This document shows, in pieces, positions 63,489 to 64,000 of a DNA stretch of 64,000 bases (positions are counted from its first letter, which is position 1; every line of letters begins with the position of its first letter). The notes under the pieces are model-generated. The model was not told where the DNA came from and searched no databases. It was given only the letters and a program-made list of their open reading frames with translations. Source of the stretch: Octopus vulgaris. Its lineage: Eukaryota. The position numbers and the translations under genes are program-made. The stretch covers positions 30,504,001 through 30,568,000 of the forward strand of contig OX597827.1 of the NCBI GenBank assembly GCA_951406725.2, read 5' to 3'.

Positions 63489-63643
63489 CATTTTACAATT
63501 CTTCAGGAAATTATAGCCTAGAGCAAGTTTTTTATAAGCGTTTCCAAATTTCTCATTCCATTGTTGGATAGCTTTCAGAGCTTCAAACCTCAGTCGTTTG
63601 GCCACAACTTTAGGCGGTGGTAAAGGTTCTTCAGGGTCAATGC
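63489..63643 (-). CDS. UVSSA: UVSSA exon (end of VHS-like domain: IDPEEPLPPPKVVAKRLRFEALKAIQQWNEKFGNAYKKLALGYNFLKNCKM)
   Basis: Matches the UVSSA PLPPP...WNEKFG.AYKKLALGY.FL motif; AG/GT boundaries; upstream exons are outside the window. Confidence 0.93.
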
Positions 63644-64000
63644 CTTAAAATAAATAAAAAAAAAAAAAAGCATTAAAAATAATGGTTTCAAATCATGGCG
63701 CAGAGCCAGCAGTTTTTGAGGGAGAGGGAAGTCGATTACATTGGCTCCAGTACTTGACAAAAGGAGGACAAGCAAAGTCAACCTTGGTGGAATTTGAACA
63801 CGGAACATATATACAAAGGAAAAGCTACTAAGCAATCTGTTCAACATGCTAAAACATTAAAAAATTATAAAAATAGATATTAAATAAAAGTGTTTAATTA
63901 CCTCCACCTTAGCGATGGTAGAGGTATTGTTTTCAACCATATTTGTTTGTTTGCTTGTTTGTCTGTGGACAAGGTATCTCAAAAACTGCTGGATGGATTT

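Overview
AT-rich, microsatellite- and transposon-dense animal genomic DNA; the repeat landscape suggests an octopus or other coleoid cephalopod (inference). The main gene is UVSSA (transcription-coupled nucleotide excision repair scaffold) on the minus strand. Thirteen GT-AG exons from 63643 down to the stop at 21007 splice in one continuous frame (2237 coding nt); its 5' exons lie beyond the window end. A possible 3' end of an ankyrin-repeat gene lies on the plus strand at the window start. Introns and intergenic DNA hold a young full-length Ty3/Gypsy LTR element, a near full-length R4/Dong-like element in a (TAA)n tract, and RTE, CR1 and Penelope-like fragments. They also hold mariner/Tc1/pogo relics, hAT and foldback MITEs, Helitron-type elements and many tRNA-derived SINEs. 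The most unusual signals are (i) up to five minimal hammerhead-ribozyme-like motifs, two with a compensatory U3-A8 core and one fused to a tRNA-like head, (ii) a locally templated composite patch that places an inverted repeat around a UVSSA exon, and (iii) a sense-oriented LTR 43 nt upstream of a UVSSA exon. All calls were made by eye, with no database search; repeat boundaries are approximate unless termini or TSDs are given.
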